From an uncultured Acidobacteriota bacterium (GTDB taxonomy: Bacteria > Acidobacteriota > Thermoanaerobaculia > UBA5066), in NCBI GenBank assembly GCA_963779415.1, contig CAVZYA010000001.1, positions 2,120,207-2,184,206 on the forward strand: a stretch of DNA of 64,000 nucleotides, in the 5' to 3' direction. The notes beneath the pieces were generated by a model. It was given only the letters and a program-made list of their open reading frames with translations, made no database searches and was not told the origin of the DNA. Positions 9,872 to 19,184 of the stretch are shown in pieces; the first letter of the stretch is position 1, and every line of letters starts with the position of its first letter. Made by a program: the position numbers and the translations under genes.

Positions 9872-12181
9872 TCAACTACCCGTCGCGGACGCCACCGGGA
9901 GATTCGCGGCCGCGGCGTCCTTTCCCCCGCCCTGGAGAACCGAGCGCAGGGTGGCGACGACGATCGGGACGACGCCGAAAACGAGGAACGTCGAATCCGC
10001 GACGACCCGTAGCCACTCGAGCGTGTGGTAGGTGCCCGTCATGAGGTACGCCTGCCGGCGCGCATGCCAGTAGCCGTTCGCGAGCGAGTCCCAGAGCTGC
10101 AGGACACCGGCCGGGAAGAGATCGAGAAGGAGCATGAGCGCCAGCCCGACGTTGAGCCCCCAGAAGCCCGTTCTGACGAGGCGCTCCACCCGAGCCCATC
10201 GCTCCTCGCTCTGAAGGGCCCGGAGGCAGTAGACGACGACCGCGAGCGCCAGCATCCCGAAGACACCGAACATCGCGGCATGGCCGTGGTTGGCGGTCAG
10301 CGTCGTCCCGATCTCGAAATACGAGACGACGGGGAGGTTGATCAGAAAGCCGAAGATGCCGGCGCCGACGAAGTTCCAGACGCCGACCGCCATGAGGAAG
10401 TAGACGGCCCACTTCTGGGCCGCCGAGAGCGTCACGCCGCACGCCCCGCACGTCCGGTTCTTCAGCCGGATGAAGTCCCACGCGTCGAGCGTGAGGAGCG
10501 TCAAGGGAACGACCTCCATCGCGGAGAACGTCGCCGCGAAGCCCATGTTGAGCGTCCCCTGTCCCGTGAAGTACCAGTGGTGGCCCGTCCCGATGATGCC
10601 CGCCCCGAGGTAGAGGATCGCGTCGAGGTAGACGACGCGCGTCGCCGTCTTCGCGCTCACGAGCCCCATCTGGAAGAACATCACCGCGACGAGGACCGTC
10701 GCGAAGAGCTCGAAGAAGCCCTCGACCCAGAGATGGATGATCCAGAAGCGCCAGTTGTCGATCACCGCCGGGTTCGTATGCGGACCGTAGAAGAGCGCCG
10801 GGAGGTAGAAGAGAGGGATCGCGACCGCGATGTAGAGAAAGAGAGAGGCGAGGGTGCCCGTCGTCGGGTGCTTCATCGCCGGGCGGAGCGCCCGAAACAT
10901 CAGGACGAGCCAGAGGACGAGGCCCGCCGCGAGGAGGAGCTGCCAGAAGCGGCCCAGGTCGAGGTACTCCGAGCCCTGGTGTCCGAACCAGAACCAGAAC
11001 TTCCCGAGCGCATTGCGCAGGCCGAGGAACTCGCCGAAGAGGCTTCCGAAGACGACGACCGCGAGCGCGCCGAGGAGGGCGAGGGCTCCTGCCTTCTGGC
11101 CCTTCGGGTCGCCCCCGCCGAGGAGCGGCGCGAGGAAGAGGCCGCCGGCGACCCACGCCGTCGCGATCCAGAAGATCGCGAGCTGCAGATGCCACGTTCT
11201 CAGGAGCGTGTACGGCAGGACCGACGCGAGGTCGAACCCGTAGAACGACCCCGGCTCGACGCGGTAGTGCGCGAGGGCGCCGCCCGCGAGCGTCTGGAGG
11301 AGAAAGAGGATCGCCACGACAGCGAGGAACCAGCCCATGACCTTCTGGCTCGGCGTGAGAGCCATCGTCTTCGGCGCCTCGTGGCGGTGCTCCGTGCCCG
11401 CCTCCGCCCTCCAACCGAGGAAGTCGAACTTTCCGAAGAGGAAGAGGATCGTGCCGAGCCCGCCGAGAAGGGCGATGAGGGAGAGGCCGCTCCAGAGGTA
11501 CGCGGCCGAGGTCGGGCGATTGCCGACGAGGGGCTCGTAGGGGAAGTTGTTGGTGTACGAATAGTCCTTCCCCGGGCGGTTCGTCACGGTCGCCCACGTC
11601 GCCCAAGAGAAGTACGCCGCGAGGGCATCGAGCTCCTTCGAGTCCCTGATGTAGTGGGCGGGGAGGCCGGGGGCGCCCGCCGGTCCGTCGAAGTAGGCGG
11701 CCCACTCTCTTCGGGCCGTTTCGAAGGCGGCGACGGCACCGCCCGAGAAGGTGATCGTCTTCGTCGCCGCGTCGAACGTGTTCCGGCGGAGGATGCGCCG
11801 GGTCTCGTCGGCGACCGCGGCCTTGCGGCCCTCGTCGAGCTCTGCGTACGCGGACTGATGGCGCGACCGCGCAACCGTCTCTTGCGTGACCTCGGCGAGG
11901 CGGTGCAGCGTTTCGGCCGTGTAATCCGGCCCGAGATACGCGCCGTGGCCCCAGAGCGTGCCGTGCTCCATCAGGCCGTACTTGAGGAAGACCTCCTGCC
12001 CGGCGAGGATTTCGGGACCCGTGAAGACCGTGCGGCCGGACTCGTCGACGACCCGGTCCGGAATGGGAGGCGCGTTCCGGTACGTCTGCACCGTCACGAC
12101 CGACAGTACCGAGAAACCGAAGATCATCGCGAGGATGGCGCCGTGCCGCCACCAGGGAGACAGCCTTCCGGAGTCGGGCAT
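9872..12181 (-). CDS. norB: Quinol-dependent nitric oxide reductase (qNOR, NorZ-type)
   Basis: GHGAYLGPDYTA, YTNNFP, RTWHLQLAIFWIAT, QGSEYLDLGRFWQ, IHLWVEGFFE, GTGHHWY, HGHAAMFGVFG; RBS GGAGGG before ATG 12181. Confidence 0.95.
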   Translation of the reverse strand: MPDSGRLSPWWRHGAILAMIFGFSVLSVVTVQTYRNAPPIPDRVVDESGRTVFTGPEILAGQEVFLKYGLMEHGTLWGHGAYLGPDYTAETLHRLAEVTQETVARSRHQSAYAELDEGRKAAVADETRRILRRNTFDAATKTITFSGGAVAAFETARREWAAYFDGPAGAPGLPAHYIRDSKELDALAAYFSWATWATVTNRPGKDYSYTNNFPYEPLVGNRPTSAAYLWSGLSLIALLGGLGTILFLFGKFDFLGWRAEAGTEHRHEAPKTMALTPSQKVMGWFLAVVAILFLLQTLAGGALAHYRVEPGSFYGFDLASVLPYTLLRTWHLQLAIFWIATAWVAGGLFLAPLLGGGDPKGQKAGALALLGALAVVVFGSLFGEFLGLRNALGKFWFWFGHQGSEYLDLGRFWQLLLAAGLVLWLVLMFRALRPAMKHPTTGTLASLFLYIAVAIPLFYLPALFYGPHTNPAVIDNWRFWIIHLWVEGFFELFATVLVAVMFFQMGLVSAKTATRVVYLDAILYLGAGIIGTGHHWYFTGQGTLNMGFAATFSAMEVVPLTLLTLDAWDFIRLKNRTCGACGVTLSAAQKWAVYFLMAVGVWNFVGAGIFGFLINLPVVSYFEIGTTLTANHGHAAMFGVFGMLALAVVVYCLRALQSEERWARVERLVRTGFWGLNVGLALMLLLDLFPAGVLQLWDSLANGYWHARRQAYLMTGTYHTLEWLRVVADSTFLVFGVVPIVVATLRSVLQGGGKDAAAANLPVASATGS

Positions 12182-12226
12182 CGGATCCCTCCGCCGGTGA
12201 GCGTACGCGGACGGATCGTCCCGCGG

Positions 12227-12242
12227 TATGACCGCCGTCATA
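12227..12242. promoter_or_regulatory. Crp/Fnr-type operator between divergent qNOR and ric
   Basis: Perfect palindrome TATGAC-cgcc-GTCATA with Crp/Fnr box geometry; a Crp/Fnr gene lies directly after ric. Confidence 0.7.
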
Positions 12243-12291
12243 GGCCCTCGGCATGCGGTCGCCTATCGTCCTTCCCGACAGGAGAACGACC

Positions 12292-13011
12292 ATGGAATTC
12301 GAGGCCGGCACCATCGCAGCTCTCGCGATCGAAAACCCCCAGGCCATCCCGACTCTCGAGAGGCTCGGCATCGACTACTGCTGCGGTGGCTCGGCCACCG
12401 TCGAGGACGCCTGCCGGCGCGCGGGCGTCGACCCGTCGGAGCTCCGGACTTTCGTCGGAGCGCCGGGGCGACCCGAGGGCCGCAACTGGGAAAGGGAATC
12501 CCTCACGGCTCTCGTCGGCTTCATTCAGGAGACACACCACGCCTTCACGCGCGATGCGATCGCGGCAGTGTCGCCTCTCGCCGCGAAAGTGCTCGGCCGC
12601 CATGGCGAGAACCATCCGGAGACCCGGACGGTCGAGCAGCTCGTTCGTCGGCTCGGCGACGACCTCGGCCCTCACCTCCTCAAGGAAGAACGGATTCTCT
12701 TCCCGTACATCGTTTCGCTCGAGGCGGCTGCGGCTTCCGGCCAACAACCCGACAGCTGCTTCGGGACGGTGCGGAACCCGATCCGGATGATGATGGGCGA
12801 GCACGAGGCCGTGCGCGGGATTCTCGTCGAGCTGCGCGAGGTCACGGGCGGATACGCTCCGCCGGGCGACTCCTGCGCCTCGTTTCAGGCCCTCTACGCC
12901 GGCCTGAAGGAACTCGAGGCCGACCTTCACCGGCACATCCACCTCGAGAACAACATCCTGTTTCCACGAGCGCTCGCGCTCGAGGAAGGCCGGCCCGCCC
13001 GCGGCCAATGA
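12292..13011 (+). CDS. ric: Iron-sulfur cluster repair di-iron protein (Ric/YtfE/DnrN)
   Basis: GIDYCCGG, THH, HLLKEERILFP, PIRMMMGEHE, HIHLENNILFP. Confidence 0.95.
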   Translation: MEFEAGTIAALAIENPQAIPTLERLGIDYCCGGSATVEDACRRAGVDPSELRTFVGAPGRPEGRNWERESLTALVGFIQETHHAFTRDAIAAVSPLAAKVLGRHGENHPETRTVEQLVRRLGDDLGPHLLKEERILFPYIVSLEAAAASGQQPDSCFGTVRNPIRMMMGEHEAVRGILVELREVTGGYAPPGDSCASFQALYAGLKELEADLHRHIHLENNILFPRALALEEGRPARGQ

Positions 13012-13065
13012 CGAAAGGGGCCTGAGTCCCGCCGCTCGTTCCCCGGACCGTCTATCCTCGAGGCG

Positions 13066-13746
13066 GTGTCCTCGGCCCTTCCCCACTTCGACGCCGTCCC
13101 GCTCCTCCAGTGCCTCAACGCTCGCGAGAGGAAGCTGCTGGCCCCCATCTGCCGTGCGGTCGCGTACGAGAAGGGTGAGGAGATCTTTCGCGAAGGGGAG
13201 CCTGCGGCCGACCTTTGCTTCGTCGTGATCGGTCGCGTGAAGATCGTCAAGGCGGCGCCGGACCGCGACGTGATCCTGGGTCTCTTCGGCCCGGGAGAGC
13301 CCGTCGGGGCGGTGGCGGTCTTCGAGGGAAAGCGGTTCCCCGCTTCCGCCGTCGCGCTCGAGCCGTCCACGATCCTCCATTTCCCCGAGCGGGAGTTCTT
13401 CGCGACGATCGACGCCCATCCCGAGATGACCCGGCGGCTCCTGCAAGGCCTCATGCTCCGCCAGTTCGAGATCACCCGGCGCCTCGCCGATCTCACCGGC
13501 CCGGTCGAGAAGCGGATCGCCAGCCTTCTTCTCATGCTGGCGACGCGCGTCGGAAAGCGCGAAGGCGCCGGGGCCACGATTCCGCTCGTCCTCTCGCGTC
13601 AGGAAATCGCGGACCTGACCGCGACGACGGTCGAGACGGCGATTCGCGTGATGAGCCGCTGGGGGAAGGAAAAGGTCGTGCTCACCGGTCCGGACGGCTT
13701 CACGGTTCCGGACCTTCTCGCACTCAGGGTCCTCACGGAAGGTTGA
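13066..13746 (+). CDS. Crp/Fnr family regulator (NnrR/DNR-like, probably NO-responsive)
   Basis: cNMP-fold (IFREGEPA, GRVKIVK, FPASAVALE) and HTH (LSRQEIADLTATTVETAIRVMSRW); genomic context. Confidence 0.9.
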   Translation: MSSALPHFDAVPLLQCLNARERKLLAPICRAVAYEKGEEIFREGEPAADLCFVVIGRVKIVKAAPDRDVILGLFGPGEPVGAVAVFEGKRFPASAVALEPSTILHFPEREFFATIDAHPEMTRRLLQGLMLRQFEITRRLADLTGPVEKRIASLLLMLATRVGKREGAGATIPLVLSRQEIADLTATTVETAIRVMSRWGKEKVVLTGPDGFTVPDLLALRVLTEG

Positions 13747-13905
13747 AGAACGTTTTCCTTCCTGGCGCGGTTCGCCCGCACGGCGCCCGTCATCGTGGCG
13801 CTGGAACTTCACGACCAGGAAGCGCCGTTGCCACCTTCGCAACCGCCGGTGGACCAAATGCAGATCCCGTCGTCCCGATGGAGGAGCTTCCCTCCGCGCG
13901 CGACC

Positions 13906-14733
13906 TTACTGTTTGACCAGCTCCACGCGCCGGTTCTTCGCCCGGCCGTCGTCGCTGTCGTTCGAGGCGACCGGAACGAGAGGACCCACGCCGTAGCTCT
14001 TCAGCCGCCCGGCGCCGATGCCATGCGTCGTGGTCAACGCCGTTACGACCGCCTCGGCCCGCGCCTGCGCCAGCTTCATGTTCGCGTCGACCGCTCCGAC
14101 CGAATCGGTATGCCCGACGACCCAGAGCTTCAACGACGGATCGGCCGTGAGGAGCTTCGCCACTTCCAGGAGCGCGGGTGTCGACTCGGGCTTCAGGGCC
14201 GACTTGGCGGTGTCGAAGTAGATCCCGTAGACCGCCACGTGTCCCGTCGCCCGGATGTCATTCCCGAAGGAGGCCGCGTCCGCGACGACGTGCTGCGTCA
14301 TCGCCTGCTTCTCGACGACCCGAAGCCAGATCGCGGAGTTCCCCTTCTCGGCCTCGACCCAGACTTCCTTCCCGTCGACGACGGCCGAGCCGGTCATCCA
14401 CCTCTGCGGGTCCGACCCCTGGACCGCGCCACCGATCTTCTTCAGGGCGTTCTCGTAGTTCCGGACGACGGCGACGCCGGACTGGTCGTCTTTCCGGTCG
14501 TCAACCGTGTAGGTGATGAAGGTGAACTTCCCCTCCACCGTCTGCTTCTTTCCGTTGGCGACGCGGAACGCATAAGCGTCGAACTCCTTCACCTCGCATG
14601 CATGGATCCGGTAGTTCGGCATCCGCGTCGGGAAAAGCGAATGGTCGCTGCAGCCCGGCTTGTCGGGCTTCACCGCGAGGGCGGCCCCGGAGCCGAGAAG
14701 GAACACGAGGATGGCGAACCGGGCTTTCATCAT
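13906..14733 (-). CDS. OmpA-family peptidoglycan-binding periplasmic protein
   Basis: Signal peptide; GIYFDTAKS, VVGHTDSVG, NMKLAQARAEAV, GRAKNRRVELVK. Confidence 0.88.
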   Translation of the reverse strand: MMKARFAILVFLLGSGAALAVKPDKPGCSDHSLFPTRMPNYRIHACEVKEFDAYAFRVANGKKQTVEGKFTFITYTVDDRKDDQSGVAVVRNYENALKKIGGAVQGSDPQRWMTGSAVVDGKEVWVEAEKGNSAIWLRVVEKQAMTQHVVADAASFGNDIRATGHVAVYGIYFDTAKSALKPESTPALLEVAKLLTADPSLKLWVVGHTDSVGAVDANMKLAQARAEAVVTALTTTHGIGAGRLKSYGVGPLVPVASNDSDDGRAKNRRVELVKQ

Positions 14734-14921
14734 CGACTTTCTCCTGACTTTCATTCTGTTCGACATTCTGGCGCGTGGAACTCACCGCTCGCCTGACGCA
14801 ACTGCATCACCGGATGCCATCGGATCCCTGCGGACCGTTCGAGACCGGCAGCGTTGATCTTCAATCCCAGGGGTAGACTCGAGATCGAAGCCGCGATCGC
14901 CGGTTCCGCGGAGGAGCCTCC

Positions 14922-14996
14922 ATGGATTTCGCTCCCGGCACCCGTCTCGGTCCGTACGGGCTCGTCTCGACCCCCGGCGCAAGAGAAATGGGCGAG
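14922..14996 (+). pseudogene. Stub of a Ser/Thr kinase 5' end
   Basis: RBS GGAGGAG then MDFAPGTRLGPYGLVSTPGAREMGE, colinear with [25 protein letters not shown] of the kinase at 39800; similarity then stops. Confidence 0.75.
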
Positions 14997-15042
14997 ATTC
15001 GGGAGCGGTCCCGGAAGCTGACCCGACAAAGGGCGGTGAAGC

Positions 15043-15960
15043 ATGCCTGAATTCCGAAAACTCGCGAAAGACGTCTACGTCTTTCTACAGCCGCCCCTAA
15101 TCTGGTACAGCAGCGCCGGGGTCATCATCGGCGACCGCGACGTGATCGTGGTCGACAGTCTGGCCAATGCTGAGATGACCCGGAGCCTGCGGGCGGAAAT
15201 CCGCCGGGTGACGGACAAGCCGATCCGCTTTCTGATCAATACCCATTCCCACGCGGATCACGTCTACACCAATCACCTCTTCCCGGAGGCCACGGTCATC
15301 AGCACACACCGGGGGCGCGAGAAGACGGAGGCCAACCAGAAGGTCCAGAGAGAGCATGATGCACTGCTCGCCCGACTCTTCTCCGATGTGGATTTGAGAG
15401 GCGGCCGCTACACTCCTCAGGACATCAGCTTCAGCGGCACTCTTTCCCTCCATCAGGGGAGGCGCGAGGTTCACGTGCTCGAACTCGGCGTCGGACATTC
15501 CGAATCCGACGCGGTGGTGCATTTGCCTGCAGAACGGATCGTCTTCTGTGGCGACGTCTTCTTGAACGGCATGTCGCCACTGCCCGGGGAGGGGCACGTC
15601 ACCCGGACCATCGCCAACTACAAGGCCATCGAGACCCTCGAAGCCGACATCTACGTGGCGGGACACGGCGATCCGGGAACCCTGGCGGACGTGCGCGCCC
15701 AGAGAACGATGCTGGAACGCCGGTTTCTGCACGCCAGGGACTGTTTCGAGCGGGGCATGAGCTACCAGGCGGCGCTGCAGGCCCTGGCCGTCGACGGCAC
15801 TCTGCTGGATTCCCAGAGATTGATCATCCTGGCCAGCTACTGCGAATTCACGGGCGAGCCGCCCCAACGCATCGACCCTGCCATTCAGAACCACCTGACC
15901 ATGCTGCAGGGCATCGCCACCGAAGCCAAACAGCGGCTCGGCAGGAGAGGGTCGAACTGA
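15043..15960 (+). CDS. Metallo-beta-lactamase-fold hydrolase (cyclase-like)
   Basis: INTHSHADH, GHSESD, FCGD, AGHG. Confidence 0.88.
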   Translation: MPEFRKLAKDVYVFLQPPLIWYSSAGVIIGDRDVIVVDSLANAEMTRSLRAEIRRVTDKPIRFLINTHSHADHVYTNHLFPEATVISTHRGREKTEANQKVQREHDALLARLFSDVDLRGGRYTPQDISFSGTLSLHQGRREVHVLELGVGHSESDAVVHLPAERIVFCGDVFLNGMSPLPGEGHVTRTIANYKAIETLEADIYVAGHGDPGTLADVRAQRTMLERRFLHARDCFERGMSYQAALQALAVDGTLLDSQRLIILASYCEFTGEPPQRIDPAIQNHLTMLQGIATEAKQRLGRRGSN

Positions 15961-16076
15961 CAGGCCGGCGTTTCCCTCGCTCCCATGCCTTGCCTTGGCA
16001 ACTCGACTCGACTTCGAAATCGTTCCGGCGACTCCGGCTTTCGCGAAGGGGAAGAACAGCTCCGCGAACGGCAATC

Positions 16077-18188
16077 TCAGTTCGGTCCGAGCCAGAGGTG
16101 AACGCCGGCGAAGAGCTGAGCCGTCGGAGCCGGCTGGTACGAGTTCCCGTCCGGGTCCGGTTCGGTGAAGGCGATGTACTTCTTTCCCGTCAGGTTGAGA
16201 AGCGCGAGGGTGGCCTCCCCCCGATGCCAGCGTCCCTTCCAGCTATAAGAGGCCCTCGCATTCAGCAAGGTGTACCCCCCCGCCCAGGTCAGGTTGGAGG
16301 CGTCGACGTAGGAACGCGTCTGAAGCGGCACGCCGAGGCCGATGACCAGATTCGGGATCGGCGTCACCTGGAGGTTCAGATAGAGTTGGCTCTCCGGCGA
16401 GTTGGGCATGTAGACGTTCGAGTAAGTCCCGAAGAGGCTCTCGACGTACGTGTACTTGAAGTTCGAGTAGGTGTACGCCAGCTGGGCCAGGAAGACCGGC
16501 GAAGGGGACCAGCCGACCTGTGTCTCGATCCCGTAGCGCCGGCTCGCGCCGAGGTTCCCGTAGAAGGTCTCGAGCGGCCGGCCCGGAACGCGGTACCTCC
16601 CGAAGTCGTGCTCCGTGTCGAGGCGGAAGCCGGCCAGGTCCCACGACACGCTCCGCCAGAGGACGCCGCGCGCGCCGATCTCCCAGCCCTGCGACGTCGC
16701 GGGGACGAGGTTCGTGTTGAAGCCGCCGAAGGCCGCCGGGTTGTTGGCCAGCTCCTCGGTCGCGGGGGGGATGAAGCCCTGTCCCCAGCTCGCATAGAGT
16801 CCGAAGCTCGGGTTCGGGTTCCAGGTGACGCCCACCCTGCCGGTGGCCTTGTCGAAGTCCGCGTCACCGGACCGGTCGACGCCGCCGGCCATCAGGTTGT
16901 CCTGGAGCCGGTTGGTGTTCCGGTCCCACCGGACCCCGAGAACGGCTCCCCATTGCGGGCCGAAATCGACGCGGTCGAGAAGGTAGACGCCGAGACCGCC
17001 CTGATGGATGGTCTGGTCGGAGACGACGAGAGCCCCCTCCTGGGCCCCGCCGAGATTGGGGCGCCTGGTGTCGTCGATCGACTGTCCGTCGATGTCCATC
17101 CCGACGCTGAGATGGTTCTTGATCGCGCCGCTCCCGAGGTTGATCGAGTACTGGACGAAGGCGCCCGGGGTGTCGTACAGGCGGTGCTGGACCGTCGAAG
17201 GGACCGACTCCGTAAATTGCGTATTGCGGTAGTAGAGGGAGAAGGCGACCTCCTGGTTCGCCCCGAGCACCGTCTGGCCGGTGAGGCCAATGGTCCCGCG
17301 ACGGGTCTGCTGATATTCGTTGTACGTGAGAGAGTCAGGGTTGGCCATCCTCCGGTTCTCGATCACTTGCTGTTCGTTCAGGCCCTCGGCGTTCTCGTTG
17401 AAGAAACTGGTCCCGGCGACGATCGCCGTCAGGTGCGTCGAGGATCCGACGGCGAATCCGAATTTGCCGTAGAGATTCGTCGCGTAGTACGCCGCGTGAT
17501 CGCGATAGGCGTTCCCCATCATCCGGGAGGCGGAGACCCGGTAGTTCATCGGCCCCGAGACGCCCCCCGTCTCGCCGAGGACCTTCCAGAAGGCGTCCGT
17601 GCCGACACTTCCCGCGACGTCGACGGGATCCTGATCGTGCTCCCCGTCGCGCGTGACGATGTTGATGACGCCGCCGGCGCCGCCGCCCCCCCAGAGGGCG
17701 GAGGTGGGCCCGCGGAAAACCTCGACGCGCTGGACCGTGGCCCAGTCGACGTCGTAGAGGTCCGGCGCGAAGCCGGTCGGGTCGTTGAGAGGGAGGCCGT
17801 CGAGAAGAACCTTGATTCCGCGGATTCCCCTCTCCGTCAAGAGGCCTTGCCCGCGGATGGAGAGATGCACCCGCTCGCCGTCGGCCTGGTTGTCGACCTT
17901 CACGCCCGGCACGAGCTTCAGAGCTTCGTCGGCCGCGATCGACTTCGTCATCGTCTTGTCAATCGTCTCGGCGCCGACGACGCTCGTCGCGCCGGGGTTC
18001 TCACGGAGGGGGATTTCCATCCGCGGAGCCGTGACCATGACCTCCGCGCTCGCGAGGGGAACGGCGGGCTGATCGGATGGCGTTTCGGAGGAGGTCTGGG
18101 AGAGTGCAGGCCTGCCGGCGACTCCGAGGAGCGCCATGGAGACGGCGCCTGCACGAAGTGTCCACGAGAGGACATTCAGATGATTCAC
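16077..18188 (-). CDS. TonB-dependent receptor
   Basis: EVMVTAPR, plug domain (SIRGQG, VLLDGLPL, RVEVFRGPTSALWG, GGVINIVT), beta-barrel C-terminus; GTG start after RBS AAGGAG. Confidence 0.9.
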   Translation of the reverse strand: MNHLNVLSWTLRAGAVSMALLGVAGRPALSQTSSETPSDQPAVPLASAEVMVTAPRMEIPLRENPGATSVVGAETIDKTMTKSIAADEALKLVPGVKVDNQADGERVHLSIRGQGLLTERGIRGIKVLLDGLPLNDPTGFAPDLYDVDWATVQRVEVFRGPTSALWGGGGAGGVINIVTRDGEHDQDPVDVAGSVGTDAFWKVLGETGGVSGPMNYRVSASRMMGNAYRDHAAYYATNLYGKFGFAVGSSTHLTAIVAGTSFFNENAEGLNEQQVIENRRMANPDSLTYNEYQQTRRGTIGLTGQTVLGANQEVAFSLYYRNTQFTESVPSTVQHRLYDTPGAFVQYSINLGSGAIKNHLSVGMDIDGQSIDDTRRPNLGGAQEGALVVSDQTIHQGGLGVYLLDRVDFGPQWGAVLGVRWDRNTNRLQDNLMAGGVDRSGDADFDKATGRVGVTWNPNPSFGLYASWGQGFIPPATEELANNPAAFGGFNTNLVPATSQGWEIGARGVLWRSVSWDLAGFRLDTEHDFGRYRVPGRPLETFYGNLGASRRYGIETQVGWSPSPVFLAQLAYTYSNFKYTYVESLFGTYSNVYMPNSPESQLYLNLQVTPIPNLVIGLGVPLQTRSYVDASNLTWAGGYTLLNARASYSWKGRWHRGEATLALLNLTGKKYIAFTEPDPDGNSYQPAPTAQLFAGVHLWLGPN

Positions 18189-18285
18189 GTGTTCACTCCT
18201 TTCCGGCCAGGTCCAAGACGGACCAAGCCGAAGGGCCCGGGTGAAGTTCGCTGAGATTCTTCGGGAGCGGGCGAACGCCCGGGTC

Positions 18286-18948
18286 TCATTCCCTCGCGGG
18301 AACGATCCCGGCGGGGACGCCCCGTGCGCCCAGGTGGAGATCACGTGCGCCGTCGACTCTTCCGCGCGCCGCGGCCACCAACCGTCCGGATTGAGCGTCC
18401 GCGCAGGGACGCCCCTGGGACGACCGCGGCAGGGCCGGTCTGTCGCTCCCCTGACGAGACTCGACCGTCACCGGTCCGGAGAGATCGCAGGCCGCCGAAG
18501 GGAGACAGTCGTCCGGAGCGATCCACAGCTCGCCATCCCGGTGAAGAAGCGGTGCCATGCCGAAGCAGGGAGAAACGGAGATGGAGAACGGCTCACCCGG
18601 CTCGCCGTCGGTCTCCCGCCCCTCCCGGCCGTACCGGATCCGGAGCCGCGCCGCGGAGACCGCGATGCGCGGAACATCCCACTGGAAGGATCCGGCCTGC
18701 GGGTCGATCTGCGGCGTCAGGCGGATGGAGGCGGCATCCAGGCCGTCGACCGACAGGAGCAGTTCCATCTCCTCCACGTCTTCGGGCAAGGGCGACCAGC
18801 GGATCTCCACGGACGTTCCCGAGACGAGGGTCTCGCCGGCTCGGGGGAAGAGGACTCGTCCCCCTTCGGACCCGCTCGCACGAAGCGGGAGCCTCCATAG
18901 GAGAGCCACGACGGCGAGTGAGACAAGACGGAGCCACGGCCACCGCAC
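18286..18948 (-). CDS. Hypothetical secreted protein with Ig-like domain
   Basis: Signal peptide; PRAGETLVSGTSVEIRWS...ELLLSVDG...GSFQWDVP...ARLRI pattern. Confidence 0.55.
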   Translation of the reverse strand: MRWPWLRLVSLAVVALLWRLPLRASGSEGGRVLFPRAGETLVSGTSVEIRWSPLPEDVEEMELLLSVDGLDAASIRLTPQIDPQAGSFQWDVPRIAVSAARLRIRYGREGRETDGEPGEPFSISVSPCFGMAPLLHRDGELWIAPDDCLPSAACDLSGPVTVESRQGSDRPALPRSSQGRPCADAQSGRLVAAARGRVDGARDLHLGARGVPAGIVPARE

Positions 18949-19184
18949 CGGCGGCCGACTGGAAAGCCCGAGCCCGGTGAATCGGCTCTTCAGGATTCCC
19001 GTCCTTTCCCGAGATGAAGACGACCAGAATCCTATCAGGGCCGACCTTGATCCGCACGCCCCCGGCTCGGGGCCGGACCAGGGATAGGATCGCGGTGACG
19101 ATGGCGCTTCGACGACGGAACCGGAAACCCCCGAGACGTGAGGCAGGCCCGGCTCCCGGCCATCGCGGCGGGCGTTCGGCGTAG

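Noticed and set aside
9872-12181. Nitric oxide dismutase (Nod) instead of qNOR
   Set aside because: Canonical HLWVEG, GHH, MEVVP and HGH residues are all present
14803-14820. TGGCAT...TGC upstream of ompA as a sigma54 promoter
   Set aside because: Spacing is 11 nt, not 10
15961-15973. CAGGCCGGCGTTT shared with 30633-30645
   Set aside because: 13-bp GC-rich match with no flanking similarity; plausibly chance
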